Positions 26,302 through 35,919 of a stretch of 64,000 bases of DNA are shown piece after piece (the stretch's first letter is position 1; each line of letters opens with the position of its first letter). The translations under genes and the position numbers were made by a program. Location of the stretch: assembly GCA_034417895.1 (NCBI GenBank), contig DAOULT010000092.1:3220-67219 (forward strand), in the 5' to 3' direction. This DNA is from Anaerolineae bacterium (GTDB lineage: Bacteria; Chloroflexota; Anaerolineae; CAZYHC01). The notes beneath the pieces were generated by a model, which saw nothing but the letters and a program-made list of their open reading frames with translations, was not told the origin of the DNA and searched no databases.

Positions 26302-27885
26302 CTAAAGCAAGCTCGCCAGCCTGGCCGGCAACAGATGTTTCAATAGCTCCCTATCAGCCGCTCCCATACAGCCACTCTTCAAGACGGCCAGCCCGTAGAC
26401 GGCCATGTACCCCCCGGCTAACATGACCAGTTCGCCCCAACCGATCGCTCCCAGGCGGGAGACCAGCCCAAAGGCCGCCACCGCCAGCCCCACGTTAATC
26501 AACAAGGTTCTGGAAAATATCTCTCGCCGCGCCCGACCGAGCGAAGCGCCAGTCGCCCGGTGGAAAAGATAGTAGAAGAAAATCGTCTGCAACACCTGGG
26601 CCAGCAACACCCCGACCACGACGCCGTAATAGCCCATCGTCTTCACCAGGACGGTGGAAAAGACAACGGTCATCAGGCCATTAGCCAGGGAAGCGTAAGT
26701 GCTGTACTGGGGCCATCCTATGCCGTGCACGATGAACGAGCCGGGAAAGCTCAGAGCGGTGACGAAAAAGGCCACCGATAACACCTGCAACGTCACGCTT
26801 GTCCGCTCGAAGCCCGGCCCCAACCACAACCTGGTGAAAGGTGGAGCCAACACCGCCGTCAGCAGGAACACAGGAGCGCCGAACAAGAGCAAATACCTGA
26901 GAGAGCGATAATAGATCTCGTGCACCCGCTCCATTCCCCGCCTGACCTGCACCTCCGAAACAGCCGGTAAAACGGGATACACAGCCGTAAAAACCACCAC
27001 CCGCACCCGGTCGGCGAAGCGCAGGCCCAGCTCGAAAAATGACACAGCCGCCACAGATAGAAAATGGCTGAGCACCACCTTGTTTATCTGAAAGATAAAC
27101 AGACCGGCCACGTTTGAAATCTGAACGTTAAGGCTGTAGCCCAGGATAGTCCTCACCAGGCGGCGGCGGAAGAGGACAGGGCTGAGCCTCAGATCGGGCG
27201 TAGCTCTCTTGAGAAAGTAGAACCCCAGCCCGGCCACCACCAGCGCCACCAGCCCCTCGTTGAAAACCAACCCCCTTAAGCCATAACCAGCTTCCAGGAA
27301 AAAGAAGGTGCCCCCGACCCGCAGCACGTTGCCCACCACTCCCAGGGCGTTGGTGATGTCCATTTTCTGTAAGCCCTGAAGCGCCGAGGAGAAAGTGTTG
27401 AGCGTCAGGCTGAGGGCGAAAATAATCATCCCCCCGGCGTAGACGAAAATGGCTTCCTCACGCACCTCGGCCGGCAGCCGAAAGACCTCGTCCACGATCC
27501 AGCCTAGCAGCGCAAAAGTGACGAGCATAAGCGCCCCCCCGAAAACGGTGTACAGCACCAGAGCCGTGCTCAGAAGTTGGTTTCTGGTCTCGTATTCCTG
27601 GCGGGCCTGGTACTCGGCCACAAACTTTATGAGGCCCGTGCTCATCCCGAAATCGCTTAATTTGGCGTAGGCGGTCAAGACCCCAAGCAAGGCCCAGATG
27701 CCAAACCGCACCTCACCCAGATTATGTAAAGCGTAAGGGGTGATCAGCAGCACGAGAGGGGTCACTACCACCACCCTGACCACGCCGAAAATGGAGTTGC
27801 GGGCGATTTTGTCGGTGATCGTTTGTTCCCTCACCTCATGCTCCTCGTAGCCTGAACTCTGCCAGGCTCCAAACTCTTCGCTCAT
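26302..27885 (-). CDS. Wzx-type polysaccharide flippase (MOP superfamily)
   Basis: About 14 TM helices and an N-terminal polysaccharide-biosynthesis (PF01943-like) block. Confidence 0.75.
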   Translation of the reverse strand: MSEEFGAWQSSGYEEHEVREQTITDKIARNSIFGVVRVVVVTPLVLLITPYALHNLGEVRFGIWALLGVLTAYAKLSDFGMSTGLIKFVAEYQARQEYETRNQLLSTALVLYTVFGGALMLVTFALLGWIVDEVFRLPAEVREEAIFVYAGGMIIFALSLTLNTFSSALQGLQKMDITNALGVVGNVLRVGGTFFFLEAGYGLRGLVFNEGLVALVVAGLGFYFLKRATPDLRLSPVLFRRRLVRTILGYSLNVQISNVAGLFIFQINKVVLSHFLSVAAVSFFELGLRFADRVRVVVFTAVYPVLPAVSEVQVRRGMERVHEIYYRSLRYLLLFGAPVFLLTAVLAPPFTRLWLGPGFERTSVTLQVLSVAFFVTALSFPGSFIVHGIGWPQYSTYASLANGLMTVVFSTVLVKTMGYYGVVVGVLLAQVLQTIFFYYLFHRATGASLGRARREIFSRTLLINVGLAVAAFGLVSRLGAIGWGELVMLAGGYMAVYGLAVLKSGCMGAADRELLKHLLPARLASLL

Positions 27886-28976
27886 TTGTCTATCCGTGTG
27901 GGGAGGGTGGCGTTTAAATTTTCCAATTCCTGTCTGGCGTGGGAGTCGTGGGGATCGAGGGCCAGCGTTTTCTCGTACTCGGTTTTGGCCTTTTCCAATT
28001 GCCCGCTCTGGCGGCAGGCGTCGGCCAGCAGTCTATGGGCCAGGGCGGAATCCGGGGCCAGTCGGCAGGCTTTCTCCAGCTCGACGATGGCCCGCTCTGG
28101 CAAACCCTGCTGCCCATAGACCTGAGCCAGATAGAGGTGTATCCTGGCGTTGTAGGGGTTGACCGCCAAAGCCTGCTCGAAATACTGCACCGCCGGGGAC
28201 AATCTGCCTTGCAGCAGCGCGTTGATGCCTAGCGAGATAAGCAGGGCCTCGTTATGGGGTTCAAGCTGCCCGGCGCGAGTGTACCAGTAAGCGGCTGTCT
28301 GAAAATCCTTTTCCTGCCGATAGATATCGCCCAGGTCGATGTACGCGGACACTTCCTGAGGGGCCAGGCTCAGGCTTATCTCGTACTCTGCCAGCGCAGC
28401 TTCCAGGTCTTTTTTGCCCCAGTATAGTATCCAGCCCAGAGTGCGGTGTAACCAGGCATGGGCGGGGTCGATCCCAACCGCCGTGCGATAAACCCGCAGG
28501 GCCTCATCCCATTGTTTTTGAGCCTGCAATCGGCGGCCCATCTCTATCAGGGGGCGCAAGGCGGCAGCCTGTTTCCACTCGGCCAGAGCTTCGTCTCTCT
28601 GGCCCAACCCCTCGTAAGCTTCGCCCAGAGCGAAGTGGGCCAGGTCGTCCTGGGGTTCTAACTCTATGGCCTGGGCCAGCGCGGTGGCGGCCTGGAGGTA
28701 ATCCCCCTGGGCCAGGTAGAGTTGCCCCAGGTGACGGTAGGGCTGAGCTTTTTTGGGGGCCCGGGCCAGAGCTTCGTTCAGATAGCCCTCGGCGGCCTGG
28801 AAACGCGCCCCCTCCGGCTGCGCCAGATATTTTGCCAGCTCGATAGCTCCCAGATTGCCGCAGGCCGTGCTGACCAGATAAGGCAGGCCCACGATCAGAT
28901 TGAGGAAAGCCAAGAGCAATATCACGCCGATCAGAACGGCTTTAGCCATTCTAATGCCCAGAAACCAGGCGTCCAT
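27882..28976 (-). CDS. membrane-anchored tetratricopeptide-repeat protein
   Basis: N-terminal TM helix followed by about eight TPR units (AxxYxxLGxxY periodicity). Confidence 0.7.
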   Translation of the reverse strand: MDAWFLGIRMAKAVLIGVILLLAFLNLIVGLPYLVSTACGNLGAIELAKYLAQPEGARFQAAEGYLNEALARAPKKAQPYRHLGQLYLAQGDYLQAATALAQAIELEPQDDLAHFALGEAYEGLGQRDEALAEWKQAAALRPLIEMGRRLQAQKQWDEALRVYRTAVGIDPAHAWLHRTLGWILYWGKKDLEAALAEYEISLSLAPQEVSAYIDLGDIYRQEKDFQTAAYWYTRAGQLEPHNEALLISLGINALLQGRLSPAVQYFEQALAVNPYNARIHLYLAQVYGQQGLPERAIVELEKACRLAPDSALAHRLLADACRQSGQLEKAKTEYEKTLALDPHDSHARQELENLNATLPTRIDK

Positions 28977-29964
28977 TCAACACCCTTTTCAGTTCTCTCG
29001 AAGTGACGGTGGCGGTGCCCACTTTGCCCACCACTATCCCGGCTGCGTGGTTAGCCAGGGTGGCGCTTTCAAGGAAGCTGGCCCCGGCGGCCAGCGCCAG
29101 GCTCAGGGCGGCGATCACCGTATCGCCGGCCCCGGTAACGTCGTATACCGTGCGGCTGAAAGTGGGGAGATGGGTAATACAGCCCCTTTTCTCGAAAAGA
29201 CTCATCCCCTCTTCACCCCTGGTAATGAGGACAGCTTCGCATTCCAGTTGACGCAGGAGCGTCCGCCCGGTGGATATCAAACTGCTTTCGTCGGTAATGT
29301 CGCCGTTCACAGCCTGGCCGGCCTCCTGTTTGTTGGGCATGATGGCCGTCACACCTCTATATTTGGAATAATCCCGGCCTTTGGGATCGACCAGCACGGC
29401 TTTGCCTGCCTGGCGGGCAGAGGCGATGATGGAGCGCAGGAGAGCAGGGGTAAGCAGCCCTTTGGCGTAGTCGGACACGACCAGGATATCGCTGTCGGCC
29501 AGAACCCGGCGCAGGCGCTCTAACACCAGTTGAGAGAGAGGGCCGTTCACTGCTTCTTTCCTCTCGCGGTCCACGCGCACGATTTGCTGGCTATGGGCGA
29601 TGATCCTGTTTTTCAGAGTGGTAGGTCGCTCATGGTCGGTCAGCAGGCCCTCGGTCAGAATGCCATTGTCGGCGAAAAGCTGTCTCAGGCGTCGCCCTTC
29701 TTCGTCGTCGCCGACCACCCCGATCAGGCAGGCTCTGCCCCCCAGACTGGCGACGTTGCAGGCCACGTTGGCCGCCCCCCCCGGCGTGAAGGATACTTTG
29801 TCTACCTCCACCACCGGCACAGGGGCCTCTGGCGAAATGCGGGATACCCGTCCCCACATGTATTGATCGAGCATCACGTCCCCGACGACCAGGACGTTCT
29901 TCTGAACGAAGCGAGATACGAGGCGCTTGAATCTTTCTTCCATAGCTATTTTCTTTTCTCTCAC
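28951..29964 (-). CDS. PfkB-family D-glycero-beta-D-manno-heptose-7-phosphate kinase (HldE domain I / HldA-like; no adenylyltransferase domain)
   Basis: VLVVGDVMLDQYMWGRVSRISPEAPVPVV...TPGGAANVACNVASLG is near-identical in pattern to the E. coli HldE N-terminus. C-terminal DTVIAALSLALAAG. Confidence 0.75.
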   Translation of the reverse strand: MREKKIAMEERFKRLVSRFVQKNVLVVGDVMLDQYMWGRVSRISPEAPVPVVEVDKVSFTPGGAANVACNVASLGGRACLIGVVGDDEEGRRLRQLFADNGILTEGLLTDHERPTTLKNRIIAHSQQIVRVDRERKEAVNGPLSQLVLERLRRVLADSDILVVSDYAKGLLTPALLRSIIASARQAGKAVLVDPKGRDYSKYRGVTAIMPNKQEAGQAVNGDITDESSLISTGRTLLRQLECEAVLITRGEEGMSLFEKRGCITHLPTFSRTVYDVTGAGDTVIAALSLALAAGASFLESATLANHAAGIVVGKVGTATVTSRELKRVLNGRLVSGH

Positions 29965-30043
29965 GGCAGTGGAGACAATCTGAGATTCGGGGAGAAATCG
30001 CAGGCTAAGCTTTGGGGAGGTTTTTGCCAGGCTATCCAGCCCA

Positions 30044-30736
30044 TCACGAAGAGCTTTTGAAGAGATATCCGACGCCTCTACGGGTCAGGATATATTGAGG
30101 ATTTTGAGGGTCTTTCTCGATCTTTTGGCGCAGTCGCCATATGTAAGCCTTCAGAGCGGTACGGCTGGCTTTCTTGTCATCCCACAGGGCCATCAAAAGC
30201 TCATCGTAAGGAATGAAGCGGTCCGGATTCTTAACAAAGCAGGCCAGAAGCTCGAACTCTTTGGGCGTCAGATCGATGAGCTGGCCCCGCACCTCAAGGC
30301 GGCGCACACTGAAGTCCAGACGTAGCTCGCCATTGATGTTGACAGTTATGGCCTTACCGGCGGCGGTTTTCTCCGCATAGGCGCTTAGAGCTTTCTTGAC
30401 ACTGGTTATCCACTCTTCAGCCCGAATGGGAAGCGTCAGGCAGTGGTCCACCTCCAGAGCCTGGGCCTGTTCGATCTCTTCCGGTCGCGCCCCGATCAGG
30501 ATCAGAGGCTTGTCGGAGACGACCCGGATGTCCCGACAAAGCTTCCAGCCATCTATCTCAGCCGTGCTGTGGCTGACATCGATGACAATCAGGTCCGGCA
30601 GTTCGAGATGCAACTTGCGTAGCCCTTCCCACCTGCTGGCGGCGGTGCGGACCATGTACCCTGCCCTGGTAAGGTGCAGAGCGCCTTCTTCGTTCAAACC
30701 AACGTCGGAGCCGATGATTAATATACGCTTACTCAT
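30044..30736 (-). CDS. OmpR-family response regulator (REC + winged-helix)
   Basis: Receiver domain with DLIVIDV. C-terminal trans_reg_C block, RTALKAYIWRLRQKIE...GVGYLF. Confidence 0.8.
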   Translation of the reverse strand: MSKRILIIGSDVGLNEEGALHLTRAGYMVRTAASRWEGLRKLHLELPDLIVIDVSHSTAEIDGWKLCRDIRVVSDKPLILIGARPEEIEQAQALEVDHCLTLPIRAEEWITSVKKALSAYAEKTAAGKAITVNINGELRLDFSVRRLEVRGQLIDLTPKEFELLACFVKNPDRFIPYDELLMALWDDKKASRTALKAYIWRLRQKIEKDPQNPQYILTRRGVGYLFKSSS

Positions 30737-30910
30737 AACTCATTCCTCTGATTTTCTCTAAACAGACTGCTGCATGGTGAAACCGACTCTGGATCCCGCA
30801 ATGCAGTATCTTCAGCGTAATAGGAGGTAATGATTCGGTTAAGATTCAGGTGAGGAAGTAGCTGAGCAGGGAAGTCTCATTTCCCAACCACTTTACCAAC
30901 CTACTGCCCC

Positions 30911-31013
30911 CATTATAGCATCTCTTGGTAATTTTCAGGTAACGATTTGGTTGAGATTTGGTTAAGGTTCGGTAGAGTTTGCCAAATCCAGCCGACGGTG
31001 GTATAATTTAATG
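30911..31013 (+). repeat. promoter-like ~105-bp repeat, copy C (contains the tRNA promoter)
   Basis: Aligns with copies A and B at 15618-15840. Confidence 0.6.
30979..31007 (+). promoter_or_regulatory. sigma70-like promoter for the tRNA pair (TTGCCA-17-TATAAT)
   Basis: Seen in the sequence ~12 nt upstream of tRNA-Leu. It is embedded in repeat copy C. Confidence 0.55.
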
Positions 31014-31018
31014 TGAAG

Positions 31019-31103
31019 GGGGGAGTGTCGGAACTGGTAGACGAGCGTGATTTAGGATCACGTGGAGCAATCCGTGAGAGTTCAAATCTCTCCTTCCCCA
31101 CCA
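31019..31103 (+). tRNA. tRNA-Leu (anticodon UAG), long variable arm, CCA encoded
   Basis: Cloverleaf folded by hand. Acceptor GGGGGAG/CTTCCCC. Anticodon loop TTTAGGA. T-arm GAGAG-TTCAAAT-CTCTC. Confidence 0.8.
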
Positions 31104-31112
31104 GACATCCAG

Positions 31113-31184
31113 GCGGAAGTGGCTCAGCGGTAGAGCATCTCCTTGCCAAGGAGAGGGTCGCGAGTTCGAATCTCGTCTTCCGCT
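31113..31184 (+). tRNA. tRNA-Gly (anticodon GCC)
   Basis: Acceptor GCGGAAG/CTTCCGC. Anticodon loop TTGCCAA. T-loop TTCGAAT. Discriminator U. Confidence 0.8.
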
Positions 31185-31386
31185 CTCATGTTTTATCAAT
31201 TTACAGGCGAAAAGGACTCTGAGGAGTCCCACGTAGCGTATTTATTCGTAGTGGGCCTGGTACGAACGCCCATAACAGGCTCTCTCCGCCGCACCTGAAT
31301 TTGGGCCGAAAATAAGGCCCAAACGGGCAGCAAGAAGTTTTCCCCCACAAAAAACCTGCGTTACAGGCGCACCTTCAGAGCAGATA

Positions 31387-32892
31387 TTGAGAAAACTATA
31401 CATTGTCCTAGGATCACTAATACTGGTTCTATTCATCATTAATTATGTTCTAACCCCTTTGGGGTGGGATCAGAGAATTGGGGTCGCCTCCGCGCAACAA
31501 GCAGATTTCAAGGGTGCTTTCCCCGCTAACGTTATTGAGTCGTGGAACCTCAGAGGGGTGGGGTATAAGTACCTGGCCTATTTTTTCTACAGAGCCACAA
31601 TCCCGTTTTTCGACTACCAAGACAAGACGCACTTCGAAATAGGGTTTAAGCTGTTCCTGAGCGCCTTCATTCTACTCATATTAGGATTAAGTATCGCTAT
31701 TTCAAGGCGCACTCTTATCAGATACGGAGTAGACATCTATAGCGCTTTTTTTATTGGAGGCATCTCATTCTTTACGGTCTCGCACCATGCTTCGTTCCAG
31801 GCCGAGGACATGACCGCTCTGATTTTTGTTTTAGGAACCGCCTGTAGCATCTCGGACTCCAAAATACTTAACTTAACAGCAGGTTTTTTGTTAGGGTTAC
31901 TGTTTACTCTGAAGGGTGTAACCATCATTCTAGGGATAAGCGCCTTAGTATTCATTTTTTTATCGGAAAAAGATCGCTACGATAAGATGTCGAGAGTAGG
32001 CTTGTCGTATGTAGTTTCATCGATAGTTATTCTTGTGGGCATCTTCCTATTTATGCCCTCCGAGATTCGCGACCTGCAAGAAGCCACCATTTTCCAGTCT
32101 TCTTTCGACAGATCACTCGTCACTCGGCTGATTATCCTGGTGCGGTTTTTTCGCATCAACTTTGAACATAATCCTATCCTGGCTCCTGGAGTAATGGCTG
32201 GATTAGTTATCTGTTTTTATCTCTTCCGCAAAAGATACTTTAAGACCCTCATAGCCTATAGCTTGTTATGGGTATTTCCGGCAATGGTGGTGGTCATCCA
32301 GGGGATGGGCTATGGTTATCACTATAGCGTTATGATTCCGGTGGCAATGGGCTCCATCATGGCGGTCCTGCTCATCATTCGCGACCTGGAGCTTGACGCA
32401 AAATGGTATGCTGCTGTGTACCTGTTACCTGTAATGTTCGGTATTCTATGCACATCTCCGCTTGCCATATTCCAGAGCAGCGCCGTCGCCCCCTACGTTA
32501 AAACCAGTGGGCATGACCACGATACCTACGCCACCATACAACAGACTTTTACCTTAACCGAGCAACCCGAAATTCTTTACCTGGCAGATGGTACTTTTAC
32601 CTACTATTTCGAAAGTCCGAGCTATTTAAGGCATTATTATCCACTGCCTCTACAGAGATCAAAAGGCAATCGAGATTTAATTAAAATGGAAGTTCATCAA
32701 AATGCTTTGAAGAGAGCCATGAGCTATAATGGAGAGTTTATCCTGCTTCATCACAACTGGTTCGATCTGGAACAGTTTCCCGCATTGCAAGAGAAAATAA
32801 GACATCAATACTGTACAGTGTACAAAGAGGACTCAGTAACCAGACCTATTACCGTTTTTAGAAAAAATAAGCCCAACAGTCGTTGCCAGTGA
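31387..32892 (+). CDS. polytopic membrane protein, atypically low GC (~42%); possible GT-C-type glycosyltransferase
   Basis: About 12 TM helices. The ORF-track start is TTG and the true start is uncertain. Its composition differs strongly from its neighbours. Confidence 0.5.
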   Translation: MRKLYIVLGSLILVLFIINYVLTPLGWDQRIGVASAQQADFKGAFPANVIESWNLRGVGYKYLAYFFYRATIPFFDYQDKTHFEIGFKLFLSAFILLILGLSIAISRRTLIRYGVDIYSAFFIGGISFFTVSHHASFQAEDMTALIFVLGTACSISDSKILNLTAGFLLGLLFTLKGVTIILGISALVFIFLSEKDRYDKMSRVGLSYVVSSIVILVGIFLFMPSEIRDLQEATIFQSSFDRSLVTRLIILVRFFRINFEHNPILAPGVMAGLVICFYLFRKRYFKTLIAYSLLWVFPAMVVVIQGMGYGYHYSVMIPVAMGSIMAVLLIIRDLELDAKWYAAVYLLPVMFGILCTSPLAIFQSSAVAPYVKTSGHDHDTYATIQQTFTLTEQPEILYLADGTFTYYFESPSYLRHYYPLPLQRSKGNRDLIKMEVHQNALKRAMSYNGEFILLHHNWFDLEQFPALQEKIRHQYCTVYKEDSVTRPITVFRKNKPNSRCQ

Positions 32893-32905
32893 AAGGGAGG
32901 GTACA

Positions 32906-33364
32906 ATGGCTATCAAAATTCTGATCGTTCACGGTCCGAATCTCAACCTGTTGGGCGCCCGACAGCCGGACATCTACGGCTCGCTGACCTTGCAGGAGAT
33001 AGACGAGCGTCTCCAGGCTTACGCCGTGGGGAAAAGGCTGGAGCTACGCTCTTTTCAGTCCAACCACGAGGGGGCCCTGGTCGATGCCATCCAGGAGGCC
33101 GCCCACTGGGCCGATGGCTTGATCATTAACCCCGGAGCCTACACGCATTACAGCTATGCTATCCGTGATGTCCTGGCCGCCGTGAACCTGCCGGCCGTGG
33201 AGGTCCACCTTTCCCACCTCCCTGCCCGCGAGGACTTTCGCCACGTCTCGGTCATTGCTCCGGTCTGTATTGGTCAGATTACGGGGTTCGGCTGGCGAAG
33301 TTACCTCCTGGGGTTGGAAGCGCTGTTAATGGAACTGGGTGGGGAGATGCCCAAAGGACTGTAG
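32906..33364 (+). CDS. aroQ: type II 3-dehydroquinate dehydratase
   Basis: [21 protein letters not shown]...HLSH signature. GGGAGGG RBS. Confidence 0.85.
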   Translation: MAIKILIVHGPNLNLLGARQPDIYGSLTLQEIDERLQAYAVGKRLELRSFQSNHEGALVDAIQEAAHWADGLIINPGAYTHYSYAIRDVLAAVNLPAVEVHLSHLPAREDFRHVSVIAPVCIGQITGFGWRSYLLGLEALLMELGGEMPKGL

Positions 33365-33393
33365 ATACCAAAAAGCCTGGCCTGCCGGAAATG

Positions 33394-33422
33394 TTGTCAA
33401 GGGTCGATAGATGTGCTATAAT
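33394..33422 (+). promoter_or_regulatory. consensus sigma70 promoter (TTGTCA-17-TATAAT) upstream of the tandem-XRE regulator
   Basis: Read directly from the sequence. Confidence 0.55.
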
Positions 33423-33460
33423 CAAAGTCGAAAAGCAGTCCGAGCAGCAGGAGGTCTGAA

Positions 33461-34132
33461 ATGCTCCGCAAAGACCATAAAGAAGCGTTGGTCTTACGTA
33501 GCAAGATACTTGGTATCCTGTTACGCAAGGCGCGTACCAAAGCGGGCAAAAGCCAAAAGGAATGCGCTCAAGCCTTAAATTGCTCCCCCCATACCATATC
33601 CCAATACGAGCGTGGTCGTAAGGACATTTCTCTCCCCGAACTGGAAGTGCTGGCCTACCTCTTCAACGTGCCCCTCACTCATTTTTGGGATGAGGAAGCG
33701 GCCTTTGAAGAAGAAGAAAAAAAGATGCCTCCCCCAGAGAAGATGACCATTCGGCGCAAAATAATTGGCGTTATGTTGCGCCAGGCCCGGCTGGAGGCCG
33801 GACTGACCCAAAAAGAATGCGCCCGTGCTCTGCACTGTCCGGCCAGCAGGATATCCCAGTATGAGCACGGAGAACGCGCCCTCCCCCTATCTGAGCTGGA
33901 GGTCTTGGCCGCTCTCTGCCAGGTGCCCATCACTGACTTCCTGGACGATCAGCTATTCCCCCCTGATCAAGCCCACGACCTGGAGAGGCTGGTGGAACTG
34001 CCCCCGGACGTAAAAGACTTCGTTCTGGAACCGCTTAACCTTCCCTACATCAAAGCGGCCATGCGGCTCAGCAAGGTGACGGTTGAGACCCTCAGGGAAT
34101 TTGCCGACCACCTGCTGGACATCACCCGCTAA
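33461..34132 (+). CDS. transcriptional regulator with two tandem XRE-family (Cro/C1) HTH domains
   Basis: Two ~65-aa repeats: KSQKECAQALNCSPHTISQYERGRKDISLPELEVLAYLF and LTQKECARALHCPASRISQYEHGERALPLSELEVLAALC. Confidence 0.7.
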   Translation: MLRKDHKEALVLRSKILGILLRKARTKAGKSQKECAQALNCSPHTISQYERGRKDISLPELEVLAYLFNVPLTHFWDEEAAFEEEEKKMPPPEKMTIRRKIIGVMLRQARLEAGLTQKECARALHCPASRISQYEHGERALPLSELEVLAALCQVPITDFLDDQLFPPDQAHDLERLVELPPDVKDFVLEPLNLPYIKAAMRLSKVTVETLREFADHLLDITR

Positions 34133-34166
34133 GAGCCGAATCAGGTCCGAATTTACGTGAGCGATA

Positions 34167-35840
34167 ATGACTCAAGAAGCGAACTCGGAGCAAAACGCCC
34201 TGGAGCTGTGTCTCTTCGACCAGTTTATAGAGCTGACCAGCCATCATGATCTGGAAAAACTCCTGACCGAAGCTTTGACCCAGACGATCAGCACCTTCGA
34301 GGCCCTGGGAGGAGGTCTGCTTTTCATTGGCAGTCCTTCACAGCACATCAGGCAAGGCCAGTTGGATGAGGAGATAATGGAGCAGCTCGATCTGTGGGAG
34401 AAAAGCGTCGAGGAAAGGGCTATCAAAACTCGATGGAACGTCCTGCTCCCCCGTTATTTCCCGGTCAGCGCCCGCATTATGCCCCGTAGTGGCCTTAAGT
34501 TGCTCAACACCCTGCTCCTGAGCGAGGACAAGGTCATCGGCTCTCTAAGCCTGATCCTGCCGCCCGCGCGCTCCCTGAGCGATCTGCACACTCAGCTTTT
34601 GGCTCGCTTCACGCGGGCCTTCGGGAACATGGCCCGCGTGCTCTCCGAACTGCGTTCCACCCAGCGAAAGTTAGGGTACCTGGGCATGATCTACCAGATG
34701 GGTCAGACCATGTCCTCTACTTTCGAGCTGAGAAAGCTGCTGGAAGGAGCGATGCAGGTGACCAGCAGCGTGACCGATGCCGAAGCGGCCAGCCTGATGC
34801 TGGTCGATAAGGAGCGCCACGAGCTGGTTTTTGCCTCCTACCACAGCGATCAGGCGGAACTTCTGAAGGAACAACGTATCAGTATGGATACCGGGGTGGC
34901 CGGTTGGGTGGCGACCCACGGCCAACCTCTGGTCGTCAACGATGTGAAACAGGACCCACGTTTCAATCCGCAGGTGGATGTCTGCACCGGATTCGTCACC
35001 AGGTCCATCGCCTGCGTCCCTTTGCAGACCAAGGGCCGCACCATCGGCGTGCTGGAAGCGTTGAACAAAAACTCGGCGGCCGGGTTCGACGAGGATGACA
35101 TCCAGGTGATGCTCACCCTGGCCGCCCAGGCCGCCATTGCCATCGAGAATGCCAGGTTATATCAAAGCTTGCGGGAGGAGAGAGACAAAATTATCGAGGC
35201 CCAGGAAACGGTGCGGCGCGAACTGGCCCGCAAACTGCACGACGGGGCCATACAACTCCTGGCCGCTATAGACATGAACATTGAGTACGTGGAGCGTTTG
35301 TTGCAGTTCAATCCCGAAGCGGTGGCCGCCGAATTGCAGGAGCTACACCGCATGACGCGCCAGGCCACGAGCGAGGCGCGGCAGGTTCTTTTCGAGCTAC
35401 GGCCCGTCATTCTGGAAAGCCAGGGGTTGGTGTCCACCCTGGAAGCCTACATCGAAAAGGTGCAAGACAATGAACCCTTCGCCGTGCACCTCCAGGCCGA
35501 GATAAAAGACCACGACGTCCGTCCCAGAGCAGGCAGCACCATTTTTTCCATAGTGCAGGAAGCCATCAGTAACATCAAAAAACACGCCGAAGCGCAGAAC
35601 GTGTGGATCACTCTTAAAGCCGAGAACAAAGATTTAGTGGTCAGCATTAAGGACGATGGCCGTGGCTTCGACCTGGCGGCTGTACAACAGGATTATGAGC
35701 GGCGAGGCAGTTTAGGGTTGCTCAACATGCGCGAACGAGCCCAACTATTGGAAGGCACTTTGACCATTGCCTCTGGAGAGGAAACGTCCGGCAGAGGCAC
35801 CATAGTGACGCTACGTATGCCCTTAAGCGACCATTCCTAA
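34167..35840 (+). CDS. GAF-domain sensor histidine kinase (HisKA_3 / NarL-partner type)
   Basis: Two GAF regions ending AIAIENARLYQ. H-box RRELARKLHDGAIQLL. C-terminal HATPase_c. Confidence 0.8.
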   Translation: MTQEANSEQNALELCLFDQFIELTSHHDLEKLLTEALTQTISTFEALGGGLLFIGSPSQHIRQGQLDEEIMEQLDLWEKSVEERAIKTRWNVLLPRYFPVSARIMPRSGLKLLNTLLLSEDKVIGSLSLILPPARSLSDLHTQLLARFTRAFGNMARVLSELRSTQRKLGYLGMIYQMGQTMSSTFELRKLLEGAMQVTSSVTDAEAASLMLVDKERHELVFASYHSDQAELLKEQRISMDTGVAGWVATHGQPLVVNDVKQDPRFNPQVDVCTGFVTRSIACVPLQTKGRTIGVLEALNKNSAAGFDEDDIQVMLTLAAQAAIAIENARLYQSLREERDKIIEAQETVRRELARKLHDGAIQLLAAIDMNIEYVERLLQFNPEAVAAELQELHRMTRQATSEARQVLFELRPVILESQGLVSTLEAYIEKVQDNEPFAVHLQAEIKDHDVRPRAGSTIFSIVQEAISNIKKHAEAQNVWITLKAENKDLVVSIKDDGRGFDLAAVQQDYERRGSLGLLNMRERAQLLEGTLTIASGEETSGRGTIVTLRMPLSDHS

Positions 35841-35919
35841 AACGGCCCTCCCCAAGGAGCGCTAACTGGCTGATAGCTGGCCGCCACGCAATCGCCGAGG
35901 GGCCTGGCTCTTTGGAAGT

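Noticed and set aside
31013-31232. 69-74 aa ORFs overlapping the tRNA genes
   Set aside because: The region folds into two canonical tRNAs (Leu-UAG and Gly-GCC). The ORFs are incidental.
31185-33460. Possible integrated island bounded by a duplicated tRNA-Gly 3' end
   Set aside because: I searched downstream of the low-GC gene for a direct repeat of the tRNA-Gly 3' segment (…gagttcgaatctcgtcttccgc) and found none within the window. The integration hypothesis is kept only as a compositional observation.
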